Of a stretch of DNA of 64,000 nucleotides, positions 30,528 to 44,472 are shown piece by piece. The stretch lies in assembly GCF_009914755.1 (NCBI RefSeq), contig NC_060928.1; one strand, written 5' to 3'. Under the pieces are notes generated by a model that was given only the letters and a program-made list of their open reading frames with translations, was not told the DNA's origin and searched no databases. The stretch's first letter is position 1; the number at the start of each line of letters is the position of its first letter. The DNA is from the human T2T-CHM13v2.0 reference genome, Homo sapiens. The position numbers and the translations under genes are program-made.

Positions 30528-32424
30528 GAGGGTGCAGCACCTCACCTGCTTACCACTTTCCCTGGCCTGCTTCCCTTCCTCCCCAACTCACTTTGTGTTA
30601 GAAGCCTACTAATTCAGCCTCAGCAGCCTTGGGGACCCGCCTTGCTCAGGCATCAGTGCTGAGACCTTCTGCCTGCGGGGAAGGCAGTTGCCTAGGTGCA
30701 TGGAAGTAGGAATGGGTGGGAAGGAAACCTCTCCTGCCTGGGGGCTCTGATGGGAGGTGAATTCCAGTCCTCCCTCATTTTTCTTCTCTTTTCCTCCTCT
30801 TCTGCCTCTCTTTGTCTTTTGTTTTCTGTTTGATTCTAGGGCTTCTTTCTTGCCTAACGTGGGTCAGGAATTGTGGCAGGATAAACCTGATTTTTATTCT
30901 CTGTGTCTTTAATACACATACTTGCTTTTGGTCATAGAATTTAACACTGGATTTAAAAGCCGCTCTGCACATTGGAGAATTTTAACCCTTGAAGGTGAAA
31001 TACTTTATGTCGTTCCTTGGATGAATTTTGGACTTGTCCAGTTATCAACAGAAATAGCGAACCTAGTGACTAGTCCAGTAAAATAAGTGTTTTCAATTAA
31101 AAAAATCTAAAATTAAATAATCCATAGTTTGCAAAGGCAAGATGTGGGGGCGGTTTAGATGGTACTACCTTTTTTTCTGTGAGAGAAAGGTAGGATTTTA
31201 ATGGTGTGGAAAAATAAAAACTGTCAGAGCATCTACCCTTCAGCATGTGCCGTTCTGCTTTGCTATCAGTTGGAGATATACGTGCGGTTTGGTGTTCTAA
31301 CCCAGGTTTGTGTGTGTACTTCAAGTGCCTTTACCTTGGCCCCACTGACAGAGTACATCTTGTCTGCAGTCTGTTGCCTGCAAAGCTGTGGGCCCATCAC
31401 CTTTGTACTCCCTCACCTCCCTCACAGCCGTGTTTTCCTTCTTGCCCAGCTGAAATGGCCTGATCCATTGTTACAGTCATTTCCTCGACTCCTCTCCCTT
31501 TATTGCAAAGCCCCAGCCATGGTTTTGCCTAGTGCCCCACCTGCTCCTGTGCAGGCAAGTGAAGCTGGAGAGCAGCATTCCCCATGCCAGCTGCCCCTGT
31601 GGATTCCCCACCACCCACTTCACATAGTGCCTGTGTCCTCCCGCCCTGCCCCTCTGTCACCACAGTTCCAAAGCCTCATGCCTCGTTTACTTGATCTTGC
31701 TTCTTGCTTTACTAGAAGAGAGAGAAGTGGTTACAGGCCTTCAGCAAGCTCCCACTGCCCTCTCCACCAGCCCACCATGTCATGCCATTCTCTGCCTCTC
31801 TCCTGTTGTAGCCTGAAGAATTGTCAGTGCAGCCCTTCTCTCCAAGGGTATTACTGCAGATTTCCCTTCTGCATCATCAGTTTTTCTCTAATGGGTCATT
31901 TTCATCAGCACACAAATCTACTATAATACTTCCCGTCATTAAAAATTCAACAATAGCCAAAGCTCTCTCTTGACTGCCTTCTTCAGTGGCTGCCCTGTTT
32001 CTCTGCCCCTGTCATTAGGAGACTCCTTAGAAGAATTATGTGAGTTGCCCATTCAAATTCCTCTCCTCCCTGGAAACCCCTGTAATCTGGCTTTTGCCAC
32101 CATTGCTCTTTTGAAACCGTGCTGTCGGGGTCCCTGGTGATTTGCACATTGCTGAGTGCTTGGTTAAGTCTTTTCAGTCCCCATATTGGCCTGTGACAGA
32201 CACTGGACGTTCTATTCTGGCTGGTAGACCTTAGGTTCCTGACCCAGCTTCTCCCCATCTCCCCACCTCATGACCCTGGAGCCCTCCAGAGAGCAGGCCT
32301 TGGTGCTGTGCTTTTCTCTGTCTGTGCACACTTTCTTGGTGATCTCATCCACTTTCAAAGGTCTGAGTCTTTCTTTGACCCAGACAACTACCAAATGTAT
32401 ATGCAGGAGACATTCACTCTATTG

Positions 32425-34148
32425 TGTTGTACTTGAAGCAAACTTGTGCCTGGCCCCAAAGGGAGACACTCTTCCTTCTGAGACTTTGCATAACAAATGC
32501 CCTGGGAAAGATAGGTCAGAATAAAGGAGCCAGTGTTGCTTCTCATAAGAAGCACAGAAACCTGAAAGACCCAGGGAGAATTGTCTCACAACATACACAC
32601 CCCTTATTTCTATGTAGCCCTGGCTTCTGGTAGATTTTCACATGCGTACATCATTCCATAAGCAATTCTTAATCAGACCTAGGGAAGGTGGAACCAATCT
32701 GCTTTGTCTGTCTCATACATTTATTAACAGCGGCTGTCCACAGGAGCCTACGCAGCAGGATGAGGCCACTTTGCAGTATTGACCTCAGCCATGCCCTAGA
32801 GTCTCAGACCCAACCAGCTGAACAAATCCCACAGACCACCAGGGTCTACCTTAGAGAGCCAGATGGCTTTCTCTTTAAGTTTCTGTGTTGATCTCTCCAC
32901 TTGGCCAGAGGCATTACTCCAGGTACAGCAGGATGTGTTAGTGATTGCATAGACTGCACCTTGGCCTGCAAGGAGAACATCTGGAGCCATTCTGTCATCT
33001 GTAACAACCACGGCCAGTGAGTTGAGGCTGATCCAAATGCCTTCCAGGGACCAGGTGCTGTCTTCAGTCACTTCAGCTAGTATCAGCAAATTCCATACCA
33101 GCCATTTCTAACTGGATAGCTCCTTCCTAGTGATTACTGCCCATAGGATGTGCGTGAACCAGTTATCCTTCCAGGAAGCCTACTGTGTGCCCGTTGTGTG
33201 ATGCTGGAAGTGTTGCCATGTCTGGGGCAATGATGCACCCAGGCAACAACAATGGCAGCCTGGGTGATGCAGACCTGATCAGTATCTTGATTCCAGCTGG
33301 CCGCAGTGGAGAACATACCCTTACCAAGGACCTCTATCTTGACTGGCTGTAAGGTTTAATCAGAAGCCAAGATCCATTTTCACATTTCAGAGCCCTGGAG
33401 AACAGTGTCTTCAATCTGCCCATCTGTTGCTTCCCAAGTGGCAGACCAAGCACCTAAACCATTGGCAATAGCCTGAGAGTTGTTTACACCTAGCAGGGTT
33501 TCATCAGGGCAGAATTAGCCAGAGCTGTGAGAACCACTTTGGGTTCTGCCCACTGATCAAAATGGTTGTGGTCCTTTTCAGTTCTGCATGGTGGGCATTG
33601 AGGTGGGACAGCTGCAGCCTCCCAGTAGATGCTGTCTGATTTCAGCCTGATCCAGCCATCAGTGAGCCAGGCCCAGGCATTTAAGGGAGCCCTTGGGAAT
33701 TGAGGGCCCACTGAGCCAACAACTTCACTTCAGGTGCAGAGTGGGGGATAAAGTTTCCCTAGAGGGGTACCTGCCATTTTTCCACATAAAGCTGAAATAT
33801 AGGTGGGGCAAGCCCACTGCATGAGCACCAGCCTCTTTGCATGAGTTCCCCTGAGCCCCATGGGGATATTTAATCACAGAATATCTAATATCTAATATAG
33901 GGGTGACTCAGACAGCCCTAGATGGATGCCACACACAGTGGGTTGTGCTACAGGAGAAGAACCCTGAGCTTTGGGACCCCAAAGCTTTTATAATAGGCAA
34001 CAAGCATGCCTGCCCTTTGCTCCAGAAAGAGACACTATATGTTCCGAGGCTTTTGCTTAGCAAACATCTATGAAAAGATAGTCCAGGAGAAAGGTTGCCA
34101 GTGCCTCTGGCAGAAATGGGAGAGATCCCTAGAGACTTGTGTCCAAGA
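32425..34148 (-). mobile_element. Degenerate, internally deleted endogenous retrovirus with two LTR remnants and env TM remnant
   Basis: ORF 32796..33089(-) resembles Env TM (DRMAPDVLLAGQGAVYAITNTSCCTW: decayed immunosuppressive domain and CX6CC); similar LTR-like segments at ~32425-32593 and ~33830-34148; purine-rich PPT-like tract next to TGTTG start on - strand; LTRs resemble MER54/73/74 group. Confidence 0.75.
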
Positions 34149-34481
34149 AGTCAACTCTGCTCAAAACCTTCCAGTAGCTTCAAAGTAAATGCCTAAATTC
34201 TTCAAGGGGCCCACAGGCTCTGTCTTCTCTGCTCCCAATCCGCTCTCTATAGCCTCATCCCCTACTCTTCCACTTTCCCCTCTCCTTCCTGGCTACACTG
34301 ATATCCTTGCTGTTTGAACTCCCCAGGCACACCTTGCTTCAGGGCTTTTGTGGTACTGTTTCTGCTGCCTGGAATGTGCTTCCCTGTACCCACTGGACTC
34401 ACTTCCTCACGTCAATCACGTCTTTGAGGAGCTGTTTTCTCAGTGAGGCCTTTGACCATCCTATCTTAAATCATTGTATTT

Positions 34482-34794
<313 letters not shown>

Positions 34795-35167
34795 TCATGG
34801 CACGCACATTATCTGGCATGCTACACTTTGTTTGTTGTTTGTCTTTGCTCACTTGAATGTAGCTTGTTCACTGCTGTATCCTCAGTATCTTTAATGGGGC
34901 CTTGCAGAAAGTAGTTCCTCAAATATTTGTTATGTGAGTCTCATCTTGTCATCCAGGTCAAGAGACAATCGGACACTGTCTGAAGAAACGGTCAAAACAA
35001 TATGCTGTATTTCAGAATTATATCCTGAAATTATATTCCGAAAGGAGTTAGTCAGCATGTGTGGGTGACATTAGGGAGTGTTTTCTGGAGGGAAGGGCAG
35101 GTGCAGGAAGGGTAGGATGAGGGCCAGGTGAGGATAGGGTGGACTCAGGCCTTGTTCTCTTCCGTAG

Positions 35168-35288
35168 GTCTTTACTCACCTGGAGACCTGTGGCCCACTC
35201 CGCCAGTGTGTGTGACAAGCAGCTTAAACTGCACCCTGGAGAACGGCGTGCCTTGTGTGATTCAGGAGTCGGCCCCGGTTCATAATAG
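35168..35288 (+). CDS. TMEM131L: TMEM131L coding exon L
   Basis: cttccgtag|GTCTT...AATAG|gtacag; (G)LYSPGDLWPTPPVCVTSSLNCTLENGVPCVIQESAPVHN. Confidence 0.9.
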
Positions 35289-35654
35289 GTACAGCTTCAC
35301 TTCTCTGATTGGTGCCTTGCTTAGTCTAAGGGCTTGCAGTTGGAATTTGAGTTCAGTTTCTTAGGGTTTCCTTACAAAAATGAAGGCTAGGCTTCTTCCT
35401 TGGTGTACTTTAGCTGTGCGTTTCCTTCTGCCTTTTAGAGTTGCACTGGGACTAAACCAGGCATTGAGAGAAACATGAAATGAAAGAAAGCTGGTGACAG
35501 TGTCGTTATTTTTTAAAAACGTCTTTAAAAAAGACGATTTTTTCATATATTAGAGGCAGATTTGAAAAAAAAACACTCATAATTCCTAACTGCTAGCAGA
35601 GCAAAGCTGTTCATTTTTCTGTGGCATTATTCTTGAACACGTTTAACGTTGTAT

Positions 35655-35969
<315 letters not shown>

Positions 35970-36632
35970 CAAATTTAAAGTTTTAAAAGATCAAATAATT
36001 TGAATATTGAAAAATAGTTACACAATGGCAGTTTCTCAAATTTGCTATTTGACATTAATATGTCATTCTATTAGGGAGTCTTAAGAAAATGTTAGATATT
36101 TAATCACAGAATCCATTTGATGGTTTTCTTGGTTCAGCTTATTACAACAGTATTTCCTATCTCATTTCTATAATAAGAATCTAGGTTGCAATAGGGATCA
36201 AAGTATAATGAAGTATAGTCTTTATAGTTATGCTTGTCTAAGATGAATGCTGGTCTTGCTCTGAGTGGACGTTTTTAATGGAACATGTTTAAGTCCTTCA
36301 GATGTGCACAAAGACACTTAAAGGTATTCCAGCTGTTCTTTCACAGTGCTGATAAAGCCACGGCTCTCTATTCTGTCTCTAGTTAGACTTAACAAGCATA
36401 GTTAAAAACAAGTGTGCTCCTAGTCCAGCCGTCCATCCTGCAGATGGCATGTCACTAGTGATCAGCATTTAGTAAGCCTTTGATTCTGTGACTTGAGAAA
36501 GTACATCTTTTATTTTCCAAAATTGGGGAATTCACAGTGATTAGGATGCTAGGCAGTAAAATCATTTTCCATTTTCTTTACTTGATGTCTTGACATCCTG
36601 TTTCTGATTAGACCACTTGTTTTTTGTGGCAG

Positions 36633-36721
36633 TTTCATTGATTGGAGTGCAACATGCGAAGGCCAGTTTTCCAGCGCATACTGTCCATTGGAATTGAACG
36701 ATTACAATGCCTTTCCAGAAG
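36633..36721 (+). CDS. TMEM131L: TMEM131L coding exon M
   Basis: tgtggcag|TTTCATT...CAGAAG|gtaagg; [29 protein letters not shown]. Confidence 0.9.
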
Positions 36722-37872
36722 GTAAGGGCTCTTCAGACAATCCCAACGCCATTATTTTATTCTTAGAAGGTCAAAGCAGGAAGTGTGTGGACTAAGAAGA
36801 ATCCTTTTAACAGCGAGCAGACTTTGAGAATGAGCTTGCAGTAGACTGCCGAATGGCTTCATGTGGATCCAGTTGTGCACTGATGCCATATATAATTTTA
36901 TATGACCCTCAAAAAGCCCTCAATTTTGGGTGTCTGGGGGCTTCAAAAATAACCCTAATCCATTTAGTCCTTCCAGTTAGGTAGAACTAGGTCATTTGGA
37001 TCCATGTAGATGTAACATTGTTGGGTATCCATTGGGAAGCCGGGGCTTTAGCTGCTCGCTCTTCTTTTTAGGCAGTCAAGTCCCATGTGAAATAGAAACA
37101 TTGGCCTGCTTCCTATTATGTCCTTAACTTCTCTGCCCTTGGGTGGTGCTGCAGAAGGAAGGAAAGAAGCTTGGAGGGGAAATTGTGGAAAATTGCAGAT
37201 GCTTGGGCTCAAGCATCTGTAATAATAAAAAAATGAGAGCTATGGGATATCCCTGGTCAACTGGAAAATGCTCTATTGTGCACTACTGTTGGATCATGGT
37301 TTCTTATACTAGAGCTGCCCTTTCAGGGAAGGGATGTATCATTCTTATCTAGATTTTGATACATGCATTGCTCCATGCTAACCACAAGGGGGTGCTTTGG
37401 GAATGTTATGATTGTGAGGGTCTGTGTTCATTATGTTCTTAATGGTATCTAAGGAGTCCTTGGTTTTGGATTGCTGTATCAGCCCAGATGATATATGTGT
37501 AGGTCGCTGAGGTTGGCATGACAGGTAATAAAAACATTTTAAAGACTGGCAAGAACCTTGACACTATTTAGATATCTAGTAGTATTTTAATGTATTTTGT
37601 GTAATAGAAAGATTCCCATCAAGTGATCAAATAGAGAAAAACAAGCCAGGAGGAAGACCTTCCACATTGAGGGCTTCCCAGGTTGTGTGTCTGATAAAAA
37701 GTTTTAATCTTGAGAATGATGTTGCAACGACTCTCCTGGTCCACACGGACCAAGTATTTATGTCTGTAACTTGTCAGTATAGTGAGACCTTGAAAGCTTT
37801 TTTGCCTGAGAGTGAGAATTCAGTTCTCAATGAAAATGTTTACCTATGATGATATTCTCCCATTCTTTGTAG

Positions 37873-38012
37873 AAAACATGAACTATGCCAATGGCTTCCC
37901 CTGTCCTGCAGATGTTCAGACAGACTTTATTGATCACAACTCTCAGTCTACCTGGAACACCCCACCCAACATGCCTGCTGCCTGGGGACATGCCAGTTTC
38001 ATCAGCTCTCCG
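37873..38012 (+). CDS. TMEM131L: TMEM131L coding exon N
   Basis: tctttgtag|AAAAC...CTCCG|gtcagt; (E)[46 protein letters not shown]. Confidence 0.9.
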
Positions 38013-38738
38013 GTCAGTGTTGCCCATCCTGTGCCGTGAACCCCTGGGCAGCTCTGAATTGTTTCCACTGCTTCCTTAATCCTGGTGTCAGCTAGCTTTA
38101 GCGTTGGGTTTGGACCAGCCAAAGCCTGGCTTGCTTCTTTTAGATCACAGAAGCCAGGGCTGGCCACCCTCTGAAGGAAACTGACATGTAATAATTAGAT
38201 GGGTGGGGTCTTGCAGACATTGACATTCTGGCCACCCCAAATGAAAAACATCCCCAAACACACCAAGCAATGGTCCTTTGTAGATAAAATTGAACATGGG
38301 CCAGCCCTCTGTGTGACACAGCTGTCTTTATGTGGACTCACTGATCTTTACTTCACCGATACGAGATGAAAGTCCCAGGAAGGTCAGTGGGTGGTCAGGG
38401 TCCCAGAGCTCCCTGCCTGTGAGCACACCCTCCCTGCTCAGAAGCCCGATGGCTTCTCCTTTCACATCCGCTTGACACTTGTTTTTGTTTTTTTCCAGAT
38501 AAAGGGTATTTGGCCTGTGGGTTCTTCCCCGGGTTGCAAATAAGTTCATCCCATTAGATGAGGATTTCACAATCCTCCCTTTGAGAAAAAATGGAGTTAA
38601 AGCAACCCAGATTTAAATTGAGAGTAGTCTAATAACTTCCAAGTAACTTGATAGCATTGTAGTATTCGCTGATGTATTCACCTTTCTAAGGCTTTTTTTT
38701 TCTTTTAACTTATTTTTCCTTCCTCATTTATACTTCAG

Positions 38739-39014
38739 CCCTACCTCACAAGCACCCGAAGCTTGTCTCCAATGTCTGGACTTTTTGGTTCCATCTGGGC
38801 CCCGCAAAGCGATGTGTATGAAAATTGCTGCCCCATCAACCCCACCACGGAACATTCGACCCACATGGAAAACCAAGCGGTCGTGTGCAAGGAATACTAC
38901 CTGGGGTTCAACCCGTTTCGCGCCTATATGAACCTGGACATATGGACTACCACAGCGAATAGGAATGCAAATTTCCCACTGTCTAGAGACTCGAGTTACT
39001 GTGGGAATGTGTGA
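38739..39014 (+). CDS. TMEM131L: TMEM131L terminal coding exon O
   Basis: long polypyrimidine tract, tacttcag|CCCTAC; [22 protein letters not shown]...[27 protein letters not shown] then TGA at 39012-39014. Confidence 0.93.
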   Translation, partial: PYLTSTRSLSPMSGLFGSIWAPQSDVYENCCPINPTTEHSTHMENQAVVCKEYYLGFNPFRAYMNLDIWTTTANRNANFPLSRDSSYCGNV

Positions 39015-39040
39015 AAATAATTGGATTTTTAAACAATGTG

Positions 39041-39136
39041 AATAAAGAGGCTTGTGTTTTGATTACTAGTGTAAACTGGTTATTGAGATAGATTATGACA
39101 TTGGTGGATATTTTGGCACTTTTATATGAAAATAAA
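39041..39136 (+). terminator. Tandem polyadenylation signals of TMEM131L
   Basis: AATAAA at 39041-39046 and 39131-39136; the second is followed by a GU/U-rich tract (ctgggtgctctgttttttt); a further AATAAA with U-rich flank at 40028-40033. Confidence 0.75.
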
Positions 39137-39267
39137 TTTTTTAATGAAATCTGGGTGCTCTGTTTTTTTTAACTCTTCATAAATCAGTGGTAAAAACAAA
39201 GCATCCATATGTCAGAACTTTCAAAAGTCAAGAAGTGTGTCAGGCATGCCGAATGTTTTAAATCTGA

Positions 39268-39519
<252 letters not shown>

Positions 39520-40319
39520 AACAAGGGAGACTTCTAAGAAGGTAGGAGTTGAGCAAGAAATGGCTGCTATGGTTTTCCTCCTCCTGAGCATCACAACCAT
39601 CTGGGGAGCTTTCAAAAAATGAAGTTGCTCAGCCGTTGAGAACTGCTGGAAAGCCCAGCTTAACAAGTTGTTTGCTTGGGTGGACTCTGCTTGGGGGTGC
39701 AGCGGGGGGTTCTTTCCAGTCCTGGTGTGTTGCTGGGATGAAGCAGAGAGCCCTAGAACTGTTCTCTCCATCCCACTTACGGCAAGGGCTGTTCCTCTGT
39801 CAGGCCAGTCCTTGGGGGCAATGACAGCAGCAGGAACATTCTGGTAAGTGTGTGGTTTCCCTCCCAGTGAGCAGGCTAACCCTGAGTATAGGAACTTAGG
39901 GGAGGTTAGGTGGCTGATGCATGTTTTCCAGACCGGTTTGTATCTGCTTGTCATTGATCTTAGAAGTTCATATTATGGTGGAATTATCTATTTGCATGTG
40001 TAAACTTTGAATATGTTTTTAACTTTTAATAAAAAGTTATTTTTACATTTTGTTTTGTCTTTATATTAGAAATTCAGTAGGCGTGATTTGTGAGTGGAAT
40101 GCAGGGTTTGCTTGCTTTGAATTTATTTCTCTTTGCTGTGGTTGTGTGGAGGCCTGAGACAAGTGTCTTGTAAGCTTGGGGCTGCCCTGCACGGAGAGCC
40201 TCCAGGCATGCACTGCCTCTAGAAAGTCCCAAGGTTGCCAGGTTAGAATCCTGATCTGCGTGAAGCAGACACTTCCCTCCCCGACCCCCAGTATTGAATA
40301 ACATTAAAAATAATTATGT

Positions 40320-40735
40320 TCTAGGCATATAGCCAAAAGAAAGCAAGGATTAGACATATTTTCACACCCAGGTTGATGGCAGCGTTATTCACAATAGGCA
40401 AAAGGTGGAAACAGCCCAGATATCCATTAACACGTAATGAACAAAAGTGTAATGTGTCCATACAAAGGAGTATCATTCTGCCCTAAAAGAGAATGAAATT
40501 CTGATACATGCTATACTATGGATGAACCTTGAAAACATTATGTAAGTGTAATAAGCCAGACACAAAAGGACAAATAATATGTGATCCCACTTCTATGAGG
40601 GATCTAAAGTCAAATTCAGAGACAAAGAACAGTGGTGGGCAGGGGCTGGGGGAAGAGGGAACAGGGAGTTACCGCTCGATGAGTGCGGAGTGTGTTTGAG
40701 ATAATACGAAGTTCTGCGGATGAATGGTGGTGATG
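40320..40735 (+). mobile_element. L1MB-like 3' fragment
   Basis: ttattcacaatag, atggatgaaccttgaaaacattatg, ataagccagacacaaaaggacaaata. Confidence 0.75.
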
Positions 40736-41248
40736 TCTCCCATTCCTACTAGAGAGAATGAGACATTAGATGTTATTCTGCTTCGGTGCTATTGTTCTAA
40801 TTTATTTTTCTACGTTCATCGATCCTCATTTCCCTATCAGGAAAATATGAGAAAGCAAAATAAGATTTTATTGCACTATATATACAAAGGAAAACACAAA
40901 TACCCACTTTTATTGGAATATTATCTTTAGCCCTAAGACTAAATACGGAAACTGGAAGTTTTTTTATTGAAAAACATTTACTGGGTACCTCCTAGGAGCT
41001 GTCCCCGGGACCTTGGATACAGCAGAGAGCAAGACAGACACGGTCCTGCTGCCAGGTCACATTCCAGAAGGGGAAGGTTAGGGAGGAAAAGGTTCAAACA
41101 ATATTTCAGGTACTGATGTGTGCTGTGAGAGCAACAAAATGGTGATGTGACGAACTGGGGGGAGGTGGCAGCCGGTCCTTCTGAGTGGTCGGGGAAAGTT
41201 TGTGAAGAGGTACATTTGAGGTAAAACTTGAATAAGAAGAAAGCCAGA

Positions 41249-41546
41249 GGCCAGGCATGGTGGTTCACGCCTGTAATCCCAGCACTTTGGGGAGGGCAAG
41301 GCGCACAGATCACCTGAGGTCAGGAGTTTGAGACCAGCCTGGCCAACATGGTGAAACCCTTTCTCTACTAAAAATTCAGAAATCAGCTGGGCGTGGTGGC
41401 AGGCACCTGTAATCTCAGCTACTCGGGAGGCTGAGGCAGGAGAATTGCTTGAACCCAGGAGGCAGATGTTGCAGTGAGCCGAAACAGCAACACTGCACTC
41501 CACCCCGGGCGACAGAGCAAGACTATCTCAAAAAAAAAAAAAAAAA
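41249..41546 (+). mobile_element. Alu (AluS-like)
   Basis: Dimeric Alu with poly(A). Confidence 0.9.
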
Positions 41547-41743
41547 GGCAGTGTGCCAAGATCCCTGGGCAAATCTTCCCTGCAGAGCAAACAGCAAGTG
41601 CAAAGGTCCTGAGGCAGGAGGCCACAGTGGAAGGAGGTGAGGCTGAACAGGCAGGCAGAGGCCACCTTTATAAAGCCTTGTAGCCACCAAAAAGAGGATA
41701 GGTTTTACTCAAAGTGCAATTAGGAGCCATTGGAGCATTTTCT

Positions 41744-42018
41744 ATTTTTTGAGACAGGATCTCACACTGTCACCCAGGCTGGAGTGCAGTGGCACAATCA
41801 TGGCTCACTGCATCCTTGAGCTCCTGGGCTCAAACGATCTTTCCACCTCAGACCCTGAGAATAGCTGGGACTACAGGTGTGCACCAACCATGCCCAGCTA
41901 AGAGACTGGGTTTTACCAAGTTGTTCAGGCTGGTCTTGAACTCCTGGCCTCAAGCGATCAGCCCGCCTTGGCCTCCCAAAGTGCTGGGATTACAGGTGTG
42001 AGCTATTGAGCCCAGCCC
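41744..42018 (-). mobile_element. Alu (AluJ-like)
   Basis: Antisense Alu, central linker deleted; TSD ccattggagc. Confidence 0.85.
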
Positions 42019-42469
42019 ATTGGAGCTTTTTAAGTGAGAAAGAACGTTATCTGACTTAAATTTTTTGAAAATCAGCTGGCGGTTGAGTGGAGAAAGGATT
42101 CTGGGAGTTCAGGAGTAACGTAACACCAAATCAAGGTCAGCTGCAACTGTGGAGATGATGGAGGTTGGGCTTGTTATATGTGCACATTCAGGCTGGCGGG
42201 GTGGGGTTGACGGGGAGTAGGAAGGCAAGAAATTCTGGTTGGGCCTTGAGACCTGGGTCCCGGACTGAGAGGAAGCTCTTATGGTTAGGATCTGGTGGGA
42301 GGCAGGGGATGGAGAATTGTGGCTGGACATGTTCCGTGTGAAAGGCCCAGCATATCCATGTGGATAGGCAGTCAGGCAGTCCACCCACAAACCTGAAGCT
42401 CTGTGAAGTTCCGGGCTGGAGACATCAATGGGGCGCCTTTGGTCTGTTGACAGTGTCTAAAGCGAGGGT

Positions 42470-42707
42470 GGGAGGGAGCCTCTTGGGGAGGAGCATTTGG
42501 GGGCCCAGTGTTGAGAGGCGGGGCAGGAGAGGCAGCTGCGGGAATTAGGAAGGAAGGCTCGCTGATGAGGGAGCAGAAGCCATGAAGGGGAGGGAGAGGT
42601 CACATGTGTCGGTGCCACAGACTGAGTCACGTGGACAAGGAGCGGGTGTGCATGCTGGGGTGGTGTCGGCGGCTGGCGTCCTTGCAGCCAGCCCAGCTAG
42701 AGTAAGT
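42470..42707 (+). promoter_or_regulatory. Candidate promoter / first exon (GC-rich, CpG-enriched)
   Basis: GC-box gaggcggggc (~42515), E-boxes GTCACATG (~42599) and GTCACGTG (42626-42633), AP-1 site TGAGTCA (42623-42629), consensus donor AGA|GTAAGT at 42702. Confidence 0.5.
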
Positions 42708-43139
42708 GGAAGAGAGGACAGAAGGTGAGATGGATGCAGAGGCGGCCAACTGTAAAGGGGAGCTGAAAAGGTCAGTCGCCGGAGGGGATGTGAAGCTGGC
42801 AGTAGGAGACTGCTAGGCGCCAGGAACCAAGGCTCAAGCTTAGGTCTAAGCATGAACTGGAGCAGGAACGCTTCGCCCTTTGGAATGTGTGTGGACAAGA
42901 ATGTGAGCAGGTGGGTTTCATGATGGGAAGAGACGCTTTAGCTGCGTGCCTGCTTCTCAGCTTGCAGACTATTTTTCTGCCTCCCCTGTACCCAGGTGGG
43001 ACTGCGTTGCATGTGAGCAGAAGTGATAGGTCAACTCTAAGGAAGGGGTGTGCCCTTCCCTTTCCCTCTATCCACTGGGAGAAATACTCAGTAGACTGGG
43101 GGCTGATGAGGACAGCACACTAGGGCCTTGCTAAAAGAG

Positions 43140-43423
43140 TGGTCTGTCCACTGCTTTGACTTCATCCCAGGGCTTGTTAGAAATGCAGATTTACTGCACC
43201 TGAATTCTCATTTCGTCAAGTTCCTCAGGTGATTTGTATGCACATCAAAGCCTAAGGAGCACTGCTATAGGGGAAGGATCAGCAGATTATGGCCTGTGGC
43301 CTGCTTTTTGAATAAAATTGTATTAGAACACAAACACTCAGTTACCTGCAAATACAGAGTTTTGGCAGGCACAGCCTAAAATAATTACTCTCTGGCCCTT
43401 TACAGAAAGTTTGCCGACCCCTG
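43140..43423. mobile_element. Adjacent MER5A-like and MER58A-like elements
   Basis: cttgttagaaatgcaga...caggtgatttgtatgcac; ctggccctttacagaaagtttgccgacccctg. Confidence 0.65.
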
Positions 43424-43706
43424 CTCCAGGTTAGAGAAGAGCAACAAGGTAAGTACCTGGGCCTTCTAAACCAGAGAGGCCCTTGCCATTCTAAGCCCTG
43501 GGCTCCTGCCCCGGGGACTGTGAAATGGAAGAGAAATAGATTGTCTTGTTTGAACTACTGTTGGGGATCTGTGTTGCAGTATCACAACTAATACAGCCTT
43601 GTCTGCTTGTCTGAGTGTTGTCTCTAGTACTCATGGTGGTATCTGGTGTACAGTAGTGTGTGTGAAGGAAAAAGTATGGGGAAGGATACAATTACCCAGT
43701 GGTTAA

Positions 43707-44033
<327 letters not shown>

Positions 44034-44472
44034 TAGAGAATATTTCAATTATCCTATGGTTGTGAGACGAAGTACCACAGGCAAAGACAGGACTACAGTC
44101 CTTACAATGTGAACTTTCACACACCAGTCACCATGTATAGACATCCACGTGATGATTATTACACACTGGATTATGCTCATGCTGGGGGAAATGAGAACCA
44201 CCTGAGTAATAAAGGAGGCGGGGAGAAAAACCACTGCTGGTTTCTAGAACTTTCCATTTTAGTAGAGGCTCCATTAAACAGCATATTCTTTGGGGCCAGG
44301 CTGCCTGGATTCTAACTCCAGCTTCACCACATACTTAACCTCTCCGTGCCTCAGTTTCCTCTTCTGTAAAACGGGGATGATAATAGCAACATACCTCATG
44401 CAGTTGTGAAGTTTAATGAATTAGCGTTTGGATGGTGTTTGGCACATAGCACCCCTAATTGACTACTCTTAT

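Noticed and set aside
31201-31926. 241-aa ORF on + strand
   Set aside because: Intronic, low-complexity Pro/Ser/Leu composition from C/T-rich DNA running into L2 remnants; no recognisable homology and not needed for the TMEM131L frame.
38901-38903. CTG (Leu) in EYYLGF might be a CpG-derived variant of CCG (Pro)
   Set aside because: Cannot be established without aligning to the reference and orthologues.
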